The position numbers and the translations under genes are program-made. DNA of 57,439 nucleotides, counting the filler, from Sphacelaria rigidula (taxonomy: Eukaryota): NCBI GenBank assembly GCA_964200075.2. It is 8 parts of 8 records of this genome, joined end to end, with 100 filler letters (N's around TTAATTAATTAA, not from the genome) between each part and the next. Parts side by side here need not be neighbours in the genome. Positions count along the whole stretch, not along the records: positions 1 to 7,093 come from CAXNAA020016519.1; positions 7,194 to 14,286 come from CAXNAA020016520.1; 6 more parts are not named here. The stretch is one strand, 5' to 3'. Positions 1-11,654 of this stretch are shown piece after piece. Below the pieces are notes generated by a model. The model worked only from the letters and a program-made list of their open reading frames with translations. It had not been told where the DNA came from and searched no databases. The stretch's first letter is position 1, and each line of letters begins with the position of its first letter.

Positions 1-32
1 CTTATGAGCCTCATTTTTCGTGCAACCAAATA

Positions 33-58
33 CCCCCCCCCCTATCGTAGGATGACTC
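33..58. mobile_element. Right-hand terminus of a GAG...CTC MITE family
   Basis: C-run + TATCGTAGGATGACTC; matches termini ending at 28826 and 52300. Confidence 0.6.
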
Positions 59-1237
59 TGAGATACTGCACAAAGAATTTTTACGCCCGGGGGGCATTTC
101 GGAACTGAAACTGTTTCAGGCACTAATCGTTTTTTCCTGAAAGAGGCGATATTTTGTTGCAATGGACTGACTACGTAGTTGCGATCAAGTGATGTTGTGT
201 CAAATTGATTGTGCAGGTGACGGCTTTCATTGAAGCCACCGCTTCACCAGCTGGGCGCATTACTCCTCGAACTGTGGCGACGTCAAAATAGACGGGAAAA
301 TCGATTGTTTCGGGTCTCACTCTGGATCTGAAACTATCCTCTGAATCTCACGGATATAGTGTTTCGGTGTTTGTTTTTTGCTAAAACATTTAAGGAGGCA
401 ATTGGTGAATATCGTTTCGATTCGTGTTTTTGTCGGGCTAGAGGTACGAGCCTGGAACACTTCGATCCCCGACGGTGTTCAAAGTCTTCGATTCCAATTC
501 AAATTGCTGGGCCATCGACTACCCCTTAGCGCATCTAGCACTCGATTTCGGAAATTGAGCACAGTTTTTACGGAGGAATAACCTTGGGAACCGCCACAAG
601 CATCGAAATGTTTTCGAAATGAAATTTCAAATGCACTCTCCGGCTGTAATGGGTGGCGTCGCTCATCATGGGAGAAAACGCCGGTCATTTGTAAAATCCC
701 ATGTTTTTCAGGGAATTCCAGAATACAAGAGCAGTGTAATAGACAGGAAGGACCGGAGGATGAACTTGTTCCGTGTAAGTACAGGATTTCACAAATTGCA
801 GACGGACTATTGTTCAGGAGGAGCCACGCCACACGGCACAATCCGAGAGGGCAGATTCTTTTTTGTATTGCGGGAATGTAGTAATGCTTACGAAGGTTCC
901 CAACGCTCAACCTCAGTAAAATATCCATCCCCAGTTTTCAACATTGCGTCCTATCTGATTCAGTTCAACAGTCGGATCCATCCCCTCCTGCGAATAGCGT
1001 CGCAGAAAGAGGCAATGCGGTGGATGGCAGTACAGATGTACGCACCGCGCCCAGGACGCCGCGTATCGCGCTTGTGTGCTCGTTTGTGTGGCTTCATGCG
1101 CACGCTGATGTTGCACTAACAGATTCATGCGCGCGCACATTTTCCTAGCCGTATAGCGTAACTATCCGGCGTTGTGGGCTCAATTTCCTGCGCACGATCC
1201 CTCGAAACACGCGACCACCTCACATCCCCAATGACAG

Positions 1238-4200
1238 GAAGTGTACGATGCGCTCGTGGAGGATATGCGTAGTACGGGAGGGTGGGTGGCCGCAAGTCTT
1301 AGCTATTTTTTTCACCACGATGGGCAAGGACCGACCCCACTACAAGGCCAAGGTCGGCGGCACATTCATGAAGTGTAACGCGTGCACTCTGTACCATGAC
1401 ACCCTTAATGGAAGTTGTGGTGTGAGGGTCACCGCTGACCCCGGCAAGATGGAGGAGGTCGCTATGGAGCAGAAGGCGCACTTGCATGTGGGTCGTCTTC
1501 GCGTCGAAATCGTCGGCAGCTCGTCATGTCACCGGATAAACGAGGATACGCAATTTGCGAGATTACGCCACGAATGGCATCCAAAGCAGCCGCAGGTGTA
1601 TCGAATCAGTCAAGAGGAGGATATTCCCGACCATTATATTTCCTCAGCTCGTACCTGCAGCGACCCGTCGATATCAAATGTTTCGACGCGAGTACGCATC
1701 AAAATTCTGTCGAGTAAATCTCCATCTCCCTATGCGACCTCGGCTCATTGCATCACGGTATCGTAGGTCGCGAGTGCCCCTCCATTCAAGTTTCCCAGGT
1801 CCATGCGGTCGAGTAGCGTTTCCCAGTTACACGTGGTCTTGGCGGAAACTCTCTCCGCCCGAGCCGCGTATCAACAGCCGACCATTTCTCTTATCATCTA
1901 CATAGCCTTTTTTAGTTCGTTATTTCGGACTGGTTTTGTTTACTGGTTTCGTTTACTGTGGTGTAGGTTGATTTTTCTCGATAAGTTCCCTCCTTGGAGG
2001 CACAGTGTGTATCTTGATCTGAATTTATTAGCTATGTTTGTGTCTTCAATATTTATGGTTACTTCACGCCTCCTGAGCGGATGTTTCTGTGCTTCCATCA
2101 ATCCCGAGCTCGTCTCTCATGGGACCACGGCTTGAGGCACATAGTTTATCCCACTGGTAGATACAAAGCTCGAGATATTCCTCATCAATCTTTCTATGTG
2201 CACGTCCCCTCGACCGTTACGGTTGGTGACTCTAGACCATCAGCGCCTGGCTTTTATCAGTCAGGCTGCCATTCGAGCGAAGGCCAATCAGGAGCCGTTC
2301 AAGTTTGTGTCTCTGCAAGCCGATGCAGCAGCCCAAAAGGTGTTCGCTCTACCTATGTGCTCTCCAGTGACGCACGGCACAGACAAGTGAGTACAAACGA
2401 CAATTGATCGTGCATTCGACGGTGTCCCCCTTTGGTTAGCGCCTCCAACACTCGCGTACACCCACAGTCGTGGCGCTGGTGTATACTCGCTCCCGCGTGC
2501 GTCGACGTCGATGTAGACTGTATCGTGTCTGATACGACTCCACGGTTTTGCACGATGCGCGATGTGGTGACTGACAGGGGATATGTCGAGCGCCAAAACA
2601 TCATGGCACTTCTCGTGGAGGGACAGTTCGTGGATTTCTTCCTGGCACCTCAGACCGTCGGAGGCGGTGACTTCGAGTACGGTGCTCGTGTTATACAGTC
2701 GCCGAATTTACCGTGAGGCCATCGTCGGCATGATTCGTTCGCATCTCGATTTTCTTTCAGCGTGGTATCGCCGCCCACTCAATTCGAAGTAAGTAACTGT
2801 TCGTCTGCCCTAGTCTATCCGTTCGATACGTCTACCGCCGATGCGCGTGGTTCGGTACAGCACACTGCACCACAGTCCACCACAGCATTACTTCCACAAA
2901 CCTAACGAGCATCGCACACTGTCCATCCCGCCATCCCGCCATCACTCTGCCGTGTACTTGCTTCGCAGGCAGCAATCTTATATGCACCTCCATTCACCGG
3001 GCACTGACGCGACTGTTCGACACACACTGCAGCGACGGCACCCTGGCGTACATCGACGAACTGTACCCCCAATTCGACAACTGCGTGGGGGAGAACAAGA
3101 ACCATATCACCTTGACGTACTTGCGTTCTCTGGTTGCTCGAGGCGTAATCGGACGGGTTGAGATCAACTTCATGATGGTTGGACATACCCACATCATGAT
3201 CGACCAGGTCTTCTCGAGGTGTGTACAAAGCAGTGTGCGTCGAAATTGAAGATCGCTATCAAACAATCGGGGAGCAACACTGCACAACCGCACACGACAC
3301 ACGACACAACACCTCGCGGCGGACCAGTCTGTGCCTGAACACCGAGTGAAGGTTTACAAACGTTCTGTGCCTGGGGATTCCTTACGGAGTTGCCAATTGG
3401 ACGACAGATCCAATCCCCGCGATGTGTTTGGTACCAATAGCAGTACGCGTGTATGGCACACGTAGGGATGAGTTGTTGCGACATAGCACCGAGAGCGCGT
3501 GTAACCAATATCGTATATGTTTTTCACCTCATAAACTGCGGCTAGACAATGTTATTGGGGGTGAACGCTGGGGACCTCCGTCAGCAATGCATATTTTCAA
3601 AATAAAAAAACACAACTGGATCATCCGGCTGTGATGTGTGGCCTCGCTCATCCTAGGGTTAGGCCCTAACCCTAACCCTAACCCTAATGAGATGGAGGGC
3701 TACTACAAATTCAAACTGTAGAAACATTTTGTGCATCCCTACCGTGGGATCACTCAGTAAATCTTTGTAATCTACCGCGGCAATTGACCTTGGTAATTGG
3801 GCTGGGAATCGGCTGTAACTCCCCACCTATGTAAACATAATGAGGACCGAGACCGTGGTTAGGTTCGTATTCGCAAAAACCTCATTCTTCCTTTTTTGGA
3901 CGAAGTCTAAGTCGTCAAACAACAGAATTTATGGACGAAATTCCAATCAAATAAAATATTGAAATAATATCCCGGAGTAAGTCCTGCAAATAATGCCGAT
4001 ACGCGGGTGGTCTTTTCCGATGTCAAATTATGTACGGTATCAGTACGACTCTCCCAGGGGTAAGAAGGTACGGTTGCACAGTAGTACATGAGTGTCCAAA
4101 CATATCTCGATGTCACGATTTATCTTTGACATCGAAGGGTTAGAGTGTAGGTGGAAGTATGTCATTGATAACCACTTTTGGTACTTAATTACGATTTTTT

Positions 4201-6232
4201 AACAGGATCACCGTACACTATAAGGGCTCTTGCCTGTTCACGAGACAACATCAGGCAGAGGCCTTCAGTGCCGCGTACACGGGCCTGCCCGTCTACACCA
4301 CCACTCTCCGCTCCTTGGGCAACTTCAAAGGGGCCCTGATAGACGGCGGCCGCGTGTTTCCCATCGTTGGCATAACGTCGCCACGGTCGTTCGAGATCCG
4401 GCCTGCGGGGCCGGCCCAGGTCAGCGTTGGTATGAAGCAGTACATGCACAAGCCTGACTTCACCGGGATGACAGCTCCCGGTGTCTTCGAAGGCCCCCCA
4501 CACTTACGTTTCCGAGCGGGTGTCCCAGATATGGAGTTAGCGCCTCCCTTCAACCTAAAGGTCGTCGATGCAGCCGCGCGGGCATGCGTTCTGGCTCGCT
4601 ACAATGCCGTGCACTGTCGCCTGCGTCCCTCTACCCCCTAGGCGCGCGTACACCGGATATTCTTCTTTATAATGTGCCGCCCAAACTATCCTCGTGTGGT
4701 CGCGCGTGCACGGTTTCTGCAATCGCTTCCCACCATGTTGTTATAATTGTTCCGTTTGACGCTTTGGGAACCGGTGTTGATTTAGTCCTTGGTCGGTGGT
4801 CTCACGATGTGCTCGGACCCCAAGTCTGTACCCGCTGTACGGCATTATGTCAAAAGGGTGTAATCTTTTATAGGCTCGTTATTCTCTGTCTTCTCAGCAC
4901 ACATTATTTGTTTTTGTAAAAAAATGGCGCTTAGAGATGGAGCACACCCCTAACGCAAGCTAGACAGCGAGCCCTCGGGCAACCAAAGTACCGACGAGTA
5001 CAATACAGGAATAGGCAAAGTGGGCTTTGTTTTGACTCGAAATGGCGTCTCTGCGTTACCCCAGGGTACCCAAGTTGCAGTTGAGGGCCGGGTTCAGTAC
5101 TGGCACTTTCATTTGCAGATGGGGCGGTCAGGGTAGACCTGCCGTCCTCTGTTCACACCTTGGTTTTGGTTTTTATCGACCACGTACGAGTGTGTACTTC
5201 TGCGCGCATCGTGTTACGCAAGAGGCAGGCCGCAAAGGCCGGCCACCTCTATTTCAGAGTGGGTATTTATGTTTTTCCTGCTTTATGTAGTTCTGAGTTT
5301 GTTACCCAGCCTTTTTTTACCGGTTTGTATATGATTGTCCTTTGCATTTATCCAACGAGTGTTCCCGTTCCGGTTGTCGATAATGTTACCACGGCTTGAT
5401 TGCTGGGGGATCATTTTCTGCGCGGCGATCAATTAATCAATCATCGTGCCGAATCAAAACCACGAGGAGGTCGCACACGGGCCGCTCCTGATCCCATCAG
5501 ACTGGACGCGTGCTCGCAGATTTGGAGAGGCAGGAGACAATCAAGAACGAAATGGCTACCTCCCACAGACTACTCGACGCAAAGGGCTCCGTGCCTTGGA
5601 ATCTTCCTTGCCACTGGCTGCGGCGCAACGACGTGCAGCCAGCCCAAGGGGCAGCGAAAGAGGACACGGGGACAGATGGATATAGTCTCGGCGATGGGTC
5701 GGGTAGGGAGCTGGACACTTCTGTTCATGACAAGTCGGGGGGTGTCGTCCAGTACTTCGATGTGCGTGGGCAGGGTGGGGCGGGCACCAGCGGTGGCGCC
5801 GTCCCCGGTGAGCAACCCGACATTCCCTCATTCGTCAAGGGAGACTTCTTTTTCTTTCTCGCCGACGAAGCCCCGTTTTTGGTGGGCAAGGCGATCGACG
5901 TACGGGAGACGGTCGGCAGTGAGGCCGACATTCAGGTGCGCTGGTGGTCATCTGCGACCTCCAAAGCTCGCAGCGGCGCAGCTGATTGCAGCATCAGAGC
6001 ATACGGGAAGGGGAAGCTCACTGAAGACTACAAAACCACAGAAAGTTGTGACGGGGCTGGGGTTGACACCACCACCAGGAAGCGCAAGTTGGCCCCGGAC
6101 GTGGAGTGGATGGCGTCAGATTTGGTCACGGCTTCATGTCGAAGACTCAATTTCGGGGCCAAGATTCCAAAGGGGGTATTGGATGAAATCATTGTCGCGA
6201 AGTCACAACAAGAGAAGAGTAAACAAGTGTAA
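1238..6232 (+). pseudogene. Intron-containing Sola-like (DUF7869-type) DDD transposase, degenerate
   Basis: Exons spliced by hand: 1238-1487 (EVYDAL..SLSYF/..FMKCNAC..AHLH, with an extra T in the T7 run near 1306-1312 causing a frameshift), 2236-2386 (SLQADAAAQKVFALP), 2578-2666, 2969-3218 (GSNLICT..ELYPQFDNCVGENKN..VEINFMMVGHTHIMIDQVFSR), 4206-~4640 (ITVHY..GNFKG..GITSPRSF) and 5501-6232 (KGDFFFFLADEAPFLVGKA..VRWW). The three joins from 2386 to 4206 are GT-AG and in phase. The 1487/2236 join is out of phase and the end of the 4206 exon is unclear. Confidence 0.8.
3654..3687. repeat. Interstitial telomere-like (CCCTAA)4 with a short inverted TAGGGTTAGG arm
   Basis: tagggttagg (3654-3663) followed by (ccctaa)4 (3664-3687), inside an intron of the transposase gene. 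Confidence 0.8.
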
Positions 6233-7093
6233 AGGACAGCGTTCTGGACGTCCAGTTTTGGTCAATAAAGCAGGGCATGAGGTTCAGACGCCGCGTATAG
6301 TGGCTTTTGTGGACAGTAACACCGTAGTTTGATCAACCGCAATCCAGCGCCGAGAGGGTTGACCTTGGCGTGCGTCGCGCGCTCGTGACCGATACACATA
6401 AAGGCGAGATTTCCGTCGGCTTGTAAATTTGACCTCTTGTAAATTTCAAACCACCCCTTGCTCGACCGTCCAAATGGGGGTGAGTGAGCGTATGTCGGTT
6501 TAGGCAGAGTTGTGTCCAGCGCCATGGAAGAAGAGGGAGTGCTTGGTGAAGGGTGCCGGGTAAGACGGTTGCGATAGCAATCACCCCCTCATGATCTGCC
6601 GACAGGGATCGTGTCTTGCAACCGACTGGGGAACACCGAAAATAATATCACACCTGCGGATACGAGTTCCTGGGGTTGGGTTGGGGTAGGGGGTTTGGGG
6701 GGGGGTGGTTCACCGTCCTGTCGCGTTGTGCGTAGTTTTGTTCCGGGGGTACCCGTTGATGAGAATAGACGGCGTCAACGCTTGTCGTTCGCAACCGATG
6801 GTAGCACCGTGCGTGGAACACCTGCTCGCGTTCTCGAACTCGATGAAAGACAATACATCATTCTTTTCGCCAGAGGGAAGGGCTTTAAGGCGAGTATCCG
6901 AGTCGTTTCCGTGACGGAATCTTGTGGGCTATGGGCTATCCATGTTGCGTTGAAACCGACTTTTTGATTGAGGGGGGAAGCACAAACCCGTAGCTGATCG
7001 ATACCAAGACACGAACGGTGCCCGTCTTAGTCGTGCCTGACGAGCACCCCCCCCCCCTCCACCCGGTCGGGCATGATCGGGGTGTTGTTCCTC

Positions 7094-7193
7094 NNNNNNN
7101 NNNNNNNNNNNNNNNNNNNNNNNNNNNNNNNNNNNNNTTAATTAATTAANNNNNNNNNNNNNNNNNNNNNNNNNNNNNNNNNNNNNNNNNNNN
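7094..7193. other. Artificial contig spacer
   Basis: 44 N + TTAATTAATTAA (stops in all six frames) + 44 N; the same spacer recurs every 7192-7193 bp. Confidence 0.98.
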
Positions 7194-7944
7194 TGTAGGG
7201 ATGCGAGGTCAACGGTCTTGTGACTATGGCATGCATGATCATGAGTACCCCTCCCCCCCCCTCCGCGCGCGCGCGCGGATCCCCATTTCGTCAAGGCGAA
7301 ATCTAACCTTCGCTCAAATGTTCAAAACTTTCCAAACCATCCCCTGTCCAAACGCCGCTGGCGGCGCCTGCACCACGAGTGGGCCTGGTGTACTTCCGGC
7401 GATGCAGCGTATGCAGGCGCTCTGAAACTTCCAAGCTGAGGTATTCCCGTGCTCGCACCATGCCCGGCTTAAGCCCCAAGATCTGCGCCAAGTCGACAGC
7501 GATATGACGGAAATTGATCGAACCGCGATCAGTTTTAGTTTCGAGCGAGGGAATGTTGGAAGGATGAGATCCTTGAGCTCACTCCGTCGTATAACCTCAG
7601 GATGGAATCACGTCTCCGAGACCCATTCCCGTGTGAAACAGTAGAATCGTTATCGAGCACTGCTATTTTCGTGTCTCCGAACTCCAAACCTAGCTTTAGC
7701 CCCAGTCGCTCAACACCCACGACTCTGCCCCTATCTACTGAACGAAAAAAAGCGTCACTGCTTGATCGGTGCACGCACTGGTAACCCCATTTTACGGAAG
7801 ACCTCGACACATGATGCTCACTGGACATGGAAGTTGAAGTGTGTACCTACTCGAAGGACTGGTCGACCTTCCGCAAGTGAGACACGTCACGAGATTACAC
7901 TTAAGCGCACAGGGCAGAAGATGAGCTACGATGATAGTTCTCGC

Positions 7945-8067
7945 CTGCGGTCGAAAGGTAAGCTCCTCCGCATTTGACTGCTCCACTCGAGAAGTCACCG
8001 GCGGTGGCATATCCCGATACCGAGCGCGTACGGGCGCTGTAGTGGAAGATGTTTCTGCCAAACATGG
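7945..8067 (-). CDS. Exon 3 of the CTFxP-repeat protein
   Basis: tgcag acceptor; the phase-0 join completes CTFK|P; encodes PCLAET..RARYRD..EELTFRPQ; probable GC donor CAG|GCGAGA. Confidence 0.65.
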
Positions 8068-8870
8068 CTGCATCAGGCCAACCGGTTCAGTTAGAGAAAT
8101 GTTGGGCGAACGCATAGTGAGTAAAATAATCGGGTTCAGACTTCACATCACTGCCTGCCGAGATTGTGTGGGCACGTGGCAAAACCTACATTTTCCCCTC
8201 ATATAATCACGACAGCAAAAACACTGAGTTTACCTGGATGTATACGCTTGACCTCTGCTCATTCGGCCGACCAACAGGAAATCGACCGTACTTCGAGCGA
8301 TTGCTGTTTAGCACCCCATGTTCACTCCGGGTCGTTCAGCAATTACAGCAGACGAGGGGTGCAGTGTGGCCCGGACGCTTGGCGTACGATCGATCAGTAT
8401 CGAACTTGGTCAGAAGCTATGGTATATGCTGGGATTTAGAATGCCATGCGCGTTTTTCGGGCTTCTGAGCACGTGCCAATCCAAGGGCTACTCTCTTCAA
8501 TAGTACCATGAAAAATGAAAGCATCACAATACATGTATAATAGGATATGTGCAGGTTGTTGTTTCCACCATTGAAACATAGCATCTATTTCACAGCATCT
8601 CTAACCTGCGCCAGAACCCTGGACGTCCAACAGCAACAGCTCCCGCAATGCACAACAGTATAATAAAAGTGGAGAAGTACAGCTCCTCATCCGATGAATT
8701 GGACACCCTGTTAAATCCCCCGAACACTATCAGGCTCTGCTAATCGGACCTCAACACAAGTACTACCCGGAGATGAGTTTTCTGTACAATTGGATAGGGA
8801 ATTATTGCAGATCAAGGGTGGTAGCTCTTCGTACATCGCAAGTCAAGTATCTTGGAAATACCTACGATAC

Positions 8871-9252
8871 CTTAAACGTGCAGCTCCGAGCAAACGCCTC
8901 CTCCTCCGCCATCCTCTTGCGTTCCTCTCCCTCAAACCTTCGTTCCTTCAGGCGCTTGCTCTCCGAGTACAGACGCCGCCCCACTGCGACGCCGCACGGT
9001 GATCGACTGCGATCTCTCAACACCCCATTAATGCCGGAACAGCTGGGATCACGATAACTAGCGCTATCACAGTTGGTGTCATGCTCGCTCGAATCCCCCA
9101 CCCCGTCCCCGCGTCGACCGTGCTGGCGACTTCCTGCGGTAGCCGAGCACGAATAGTCTGAGCGATGCGAGATGGTCGACTCGCGCCGGGAATTGGGCTG
9201 GAAAGTGCAGGCGCCCAACTCCTGCTCTTCTCGCATAGCAAGCTTGCGAGTC
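8871..9252 (-). CDS. Exon 2 of the CTFxP-repeat protein
   Basis: ctctccag acceptor; encodes EQELGACTFQP..GRRLYSES..EEEAFARSCTFK; donor AAG|GTATCG. Confidence 0.8.
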
Positions 9253-9891
9253 CTGGAGAGATTAATCGAAAAACACGGATGACCTTGCGTATCATTGGCT
9301 GCCCATAGGGATACAACGTCCCAAGTGTATTGGGGGGTCAACGGTATCAGGAAACTCGCTTGCCTTGAAGGCTAGCGTTCCCGTCGAAGAAAAGGCAACA
9401 ACTACATGTTTGGAACTCTCACTGCTTGGAGGCAGCTGAAACGATTAGGCAAGACAGGAATGCGTCGGAATAATCGTATCTGGACAGGTGGATTTGACTT
9501 ACGTGTCACTAAGTGCCCCTAATTCAACACTGTGCCGACGAAAAAATATATGAACCGGGCTTGATGAAGCACTCACACAGGATGGAGAAGAACACCAACC
9601 GACCGGGTCGACATTGTGTGACGCTTTTCTCCGGGCTATGTGAGACACCGACGGACACATATGGTGACGAGACGTGAACGCTTTCGAGCACCTTGATATA
9701 TTTCAAGTACAGTCATTGGGTTCCATAATGCGCAGCTTTTCGTACAAAATTCTGCATACGCGAAAGGACAACGCCAATATGATGAAATTATTAAGTAACC
9801 TATGACCAGGCGGAAAACGTCTTATGCGTGTGTCAACACCACCCTGACGGCAATGGGACAGACACCCCAGTCTCCTGATTCGCGTGAGCAC

Positions 9892-11654
9892 CTGTTCTTG
9901 TCCGCTTCGGCCAGCCAACGGGTACTCCTCTCATACAGTAAACCACTTCGACCCTTGTCCGCACCAGCGCAGGTTTCAATCCTCTCTCCGAAACAGTCCA
10001 CGCTCCGTCGCGGTCTCGTCTGATAAAAGTCCGGCAAACCCTTGACCATCGGAGCAAACGAACTGCTCCTTCCGTTGGTACCACACCCTCGTACATCAGT
10101 GACCCCAAGCCCCCCCCTCTCGTGCAACGGATATCCAAAACGATCCCGCCTGGCTACGTAGCGATCCACGGAGCCTTTATGCTCCAAACTTCCGACGCTG
10201 GCGCTGCTTGAAAAACGTCTTCCCGTCGCGGTACACTGCTGTGGGCTATCTAACTGCCGATATAGACTCCTTTGTATTCGAGCGCCAGACGGTGGACCGC
10301 GGGCGCTCACTTCTTCCATCTCTTTGGTGCTTCCTCTCATCTCCGGCCGCGGTTGTGTGGCAGCGATCTGATTACCGTAAGCAATTGGTGTCGTGCCGCC
10401 GGCAGCCCGCTGGTAGAGGTCAGAATGAGTATGTTCGGGTGGTTGGCTACGCATCGAAGCGGAGGTCAGCACCCGTCGTCTAGCTTGTTCCAGCCTTAAC
10501 AATCCCGGTGATCGTGGTTGACGCTGCAGAACTGCGTCTTCTCGACGGTGCAATGAGCAATTGTGCAGCGGGTCGTCCTTGTTAGAGGTCGACCATCTCC
10601 CATTAGCCGAAAGTAGTTCGTGTCGCGATGGAGTGGTGAGGTGTGCAGATGACGCGTCCTCCGCTTGCTTTTGTGGCCGCCATTTAGTGTCTTGCGATGC
10701 TCTTGGAGATCCTCCACTCGGTGGAATCCAACGTCGCGGTCCTGCTGCCTGAACATCGAGCGCCTGCTTCACCCGTCTCGGCGTTATTCGCATGCGGTCG
10801 ACCTCGCCGCGCACGTTTTTTTTCGAAGCATGAACGCTGTTCTTGTGCAACGTGTGCATCTTGCGTGCACGCGGTGATGCTTGAGTTTCCCCGATGGGGG
10901 TCGCCAGCCAATCAGAATCCTCATCTCTGTCATGATCATCACATTGCTTTGGCGACACAAGGTGCTGAGGTCGGGGTCCATTGACAGCGATGAGTGGAGC
11001 ATCCTTGCCGGCGTTGTCGGAGGTGATAGTGTCGTCAAGCGCTGTCGGCGTACTTGTAGGAGTTGTCGGCGAGGTTTTCCACGCTGTTCGACGAATGAGG
11101 GGCTGCCTCGGAGGAGTCTCCTGCAATGACTCCTGGTCGTCTGAACTTCGTTCAAAATCGCACATGGCATCGCTCTCTCTATTTACATCCTGAGCAGCAG
11201 CCAAGTCAGTTGCAACAACTCCAGGAGAAGTCCCGGATTTCGTTGAATCGATGGCATCGGGATAAACGGAATCTACCCCTGAACAAGGGTTTCCACATGA
11301 AGTAGCGTTGTCTTGGCTATCTCCCCTAGGTGTACCTGCTCGACTGGTCCTAGATATGTCTACACCGCCGTCGTGCCCAGATACGTCTCCACCGCCGTCG
11401 TCTCCACCCTCCAGCAACACAACACTATCGCCTGCTGCACTGCTAACTTCCTCCCTCGTTAGCTTTTGTAAAGACTGGCTTAAGTCTTCGGAAACATTGA
11501 CGGGCTGCTTCTTTTGCGGGCTCTCATCCAAGCAGTGATCACTAGAACTCCTCACGGCAGTGTTGGCTCGCCGCAGTTCGTTGAGCTGGATGAAAAACTC
11601 CTCCTGCGTGATCTCGCCGCGTTTGCGTTGCCGGACAAGCTTTGCAGCTTCCAT
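9892..11654 (-). CDS. Large first (or early) exon of an uncharacterised, mostly disordered protein with ExCTFxP-type repeats
   Basis: Lies within the 614-aa ORF. ATG at 11654 gives MEAAKLVRQRKRGEITQEEFFIQLNELRR. Donor AG|GTGCTC at 9892/9891 joins the next exon in phase. Confidence 0.75.

Noticed and set aside
479..928. Minus-strand ORF with HYYI..LCRVAWLLL resembling a transposase N-terminus
   Set aside because: Opposite strand to the transposase exons and overlapping a repeat end; the similarity is too short to trust
5400..6332. 310-aa ORF
   Set aside because: Shadow frame of the 5501-6232 exon, and it begins inside a repeat
7138..7149. Regularly spaced TTAATTAATTAA as a biological periodic repeat
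   Set aside because: Embedded in fixed N runs; an assembly linker
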